A stretch of DNA of 64,000 nucleotides from contig LSRY02000023.1 in NCBI GenBank assembly GCA_001643675.2, positions 868,001-932,000 on the forward strand, given 5' to 3'. The translations under genes and the position numbers were made by a program. This document shows positions 61,363 to 64,000 of the stretch, one piece after another. A model generated the notes under the pieces. It did not search any database. It was given only the letters and a program-made list of their open reading frames with translations, and was not told the origin of the DNA. Within the stretch, counting starts at the first letter, position 1. Each line of letters begins with the position of its first letter. The stretch comes from Monocercomonoides exilis PA203 (taxonomy: Eukaryota > Protista > Preaxostyla).

Positions 61363-62755
61363 CTAAACCTTAATATATGGAAGAAAATGAAAAAAAGTTA
61401 TGACAATATCTCGAAATCCTTCTTCTTCCAACTTTTCGACAAAATTCCTTTTCAACTCATTTTTCATTGCTTTATCAATATGACAAGTCTTCTTTTCTCT
61501 CAATTTCCCACAAATGTTCTTTAAAAATGCATAACATTTATCTGCCAATTCTGTATCCAATGTTGGTTGCTGAATCTCCTCCAATGCGAAATTAATTGCT
61601 CCACCTTTCACTAAACAATAGAGAGCAATAAAAATTTGATGTTTATTCACAATCATTTCAAATATGTCCAAAGATAAAATAACTAATTTTTTGTGGTTTT
61701 CCCTTGCTGATCTGCACAGCCTTGCTAGACATTCAATCAATATGACACACTTTTCATCTTGTAATTCGTATTCCGAAAAGAATCTGCAAATCGTGTTCAG
61801 CAATCCAATTACAGTTCTTATATCTTTCATTTCTTTTCCGCTTGCTTCCTCTTCTTTTTTCTTCCAATCCACACATTTCATCAGTTCATCCAATTCTCTT
61901 GTCTCTGCTCTCGGAAACTGCAGCTCATTCACAATTGCGTTTTTCGAATGTTCATTTTTGAAAAGTCTATTTATCAAAAACCGCCAAGCAAACTGATAGG
62001 CGAGTCGTGTCAGATTCTGATGTTCCTGGTGATATTCGATGATTTCTTTGATCTCCTTCAAATATAGTTCTTCTCCTAATTCCTAATCAAAAAAAGATAT
62101 AAAAAAATAGCAATAACAAAATGGAATGGAAATGTCCACACGTTTAATTCATGGATGCAACTCAAAGCAAACAAAGCCATTTCCACTTCTTTTTGAGCTT
62201 CCTTGCTTTCTTCTTTTCTCAATGCAACTTTCAGAAGACAAGGCACACAAATTAAAATAAATTCGTTTGGAACATAGCCGGAGCACAATGTCATATAGCA
62301 TTCGCAAAGATCAAAAAGAAGCTTTTCATCTTTTCCTTCTTTTTTCTCATCTTCTTCAATAATCATTTTCTCAAATCTTTTGTTCAATTTTGAATATTTA
62401 AAACCATAGATCCAAATGTTTTTCAATTCGTTATAGAATCCAATACACTTCAGCAATAAACATGCATTTTCCATCGAAAGTTTCTCTTCTTCAATCATTT
62501 TGTTAATTTTATCAAACAGTTCTTTTGTGAAAACTGATCTAAATTCTTCTTTATCCATTTTTTTCATCAATCCATTCGTTTCAAGAATCTTCTGTTTCTG
62601 TTCACTCTCAGAGTAACATGCTAGTTCATCTAGTTTTTCTTCAAAGAAAAAAAAAGTCAAAAAATGTAATCATTTCATTGAAACATTAAATCCATCAAAC
62701 TTTTGAACTTATCAGCAAGTGTAATTTCTTGAGTTCCATTGTTATAAACATTCAT
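61363..62755 (-). CDS. Lineage-expanded helical (ARM-like) hypothetical protein, 3 exons
   Basis: Exons ~62755-62701, ~62640-62142 and ~62075-61363 joined by short GT-AG introns. Motifs CVPCLLKVALRKEES...KEVEMALFALS and EIKEIIEYHQEHQNLTRLAYQ recall a family expanded in oxymonad genomes (recollection, not searched). Confidence 0.75.
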
Positions 62756-64000
62756 TGTGTTAACTATCTATTCTGGATATGCAAAATCGAACAACAGATT
62801 TATAATCAACCAATTTGACAAATACAAACATTTTTGATTATCTTGCAAAATGTAAAAGCAGCAAATACAATTCAAAATATTTTTCTATTTCTTCCAAAAA
62901 GGCACAAAATAAAGATCGACGACTTCAATGATCTCAGCTGGAAAATTCAGAAATGCAAATCTTTTATTTCTTGTTGATCAAACCAACAGCATATTTAAAT
63001 GATACATTTTTTTTTTTAAAACCATTTTCCTTTCGAAAAAATGTCCTTCTGAATGAAAATGAGCCAACATCCATTTTAAGAATTGCATTTTATTGAAGAA
63101 GAAGAGAAATCGGACAGACAAAATGCATGAATGGTAGTTATCACTTGCCTATTGTGAAAGTGAATGAGAATAAAAGCAAGAATATGTGGTGTTTTATATT
63201 TTGATGCAAATTATGAATTATCACATTCTTCATTTGTTTTAAGCATGCTCACGGATTCCTTTGAAAAAAATAATTTAAAAATTCAATTAGACTTATCTTT
63301 CACTTTCATCGATTGCATCTGTGCAATATACCACGTGAGAATGGAAGGGTATAATGTCATTTAACCATCCTTTCTCCATTTCATTATGTTTCTCTTCATT
63401 TTCTTTGCTGGAGCTGTGGGAAAGAAGAAGATTTGATAAAATACATTACTCTTTAATTCATATGAATTTCTGAAAGTCAGCAAACATAAACTGAATGCTA
63501 AGTGGATGATAAATCTAAAGCTTTCTATTGTCAATGCTTCGTGTGATTTTTTAACATCAATTTTCTTATTCTGTTGAGAAGCATCTTTTGGTTTTTATTT
63601 GATTTATGAGAAATTCGATGGAACAAAAAAGTTTCAAAATCTATTAACCAACTGAATGAAAGAAAACTAACCCTTTTTCATTCACATTTAGTAAGATTTC
63701 CAAAACAAAAAAATGCTTTTTGATTTTTTAAGTTTGTTATTCAAATAAAAAACCAAAAAAAAAAAATAAAAAACTAAAACAACAACAATTAAAACTTCAA
63801 AATGAAAAAGTTATACAAATAGTTAATAATTTCTTTTGCTAAGATTCGTTACTTTTATGCTTATAAAAGGAAAAATGAAATTATCAATCATAAAGAACCA
63901 TGATCACTTTGTTACCATACTTATATATAAATGCTAATCCAGACATTTCCGTTTTTGTAGCTCATTATGTGCCGGATTTATTCTGCACTTTGGAAATAAT

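Overview
AT-rich eukaryotic genomic DNA with short spliceosomal introns (donors mostly GTTTG/GTAAG/GTGAG) and standard-code stops. The gene families present suggest an oxymonad such as Monocercomonoides (inference, no search run). The main feature is a structurally complete 4.7-kb DIRS1-type tyrosine-recombinase retrotransposon (36585-41291) with inverted terminal repeats, an internal complementary region spelling the circle junction, and gag, RT/RNase H, adenine-methyltransferase-like and YR domains. Its ORFs are broken only by three single-A homopolymer indels. Corrected, a ~1157-aa YR ORF overlaps the whole RT/RH/MT ORF in another frame, and the YR and MT catalytic motifs are non-canonical (YSIK, HPPI). 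Other content: two paralogous giant single-pass receptor pseudokinases with beta-helix-like ectodomains and near-identical tails; two convergent decayed pogo/Fot1-like transposases sharing an intron position; several foldback elements, including a 589-bp-arm near-perfect palindrome; a (ATT)103 microsatellite; and host genes (U-box protein, C2-PH protein, Cys-rich protein with a GC-AG intron, a catalytically dead ZUP1/Mug105-like protein, TMA16, a very large low-complexity protein). Exon boundaries were read by eye and are approximate.
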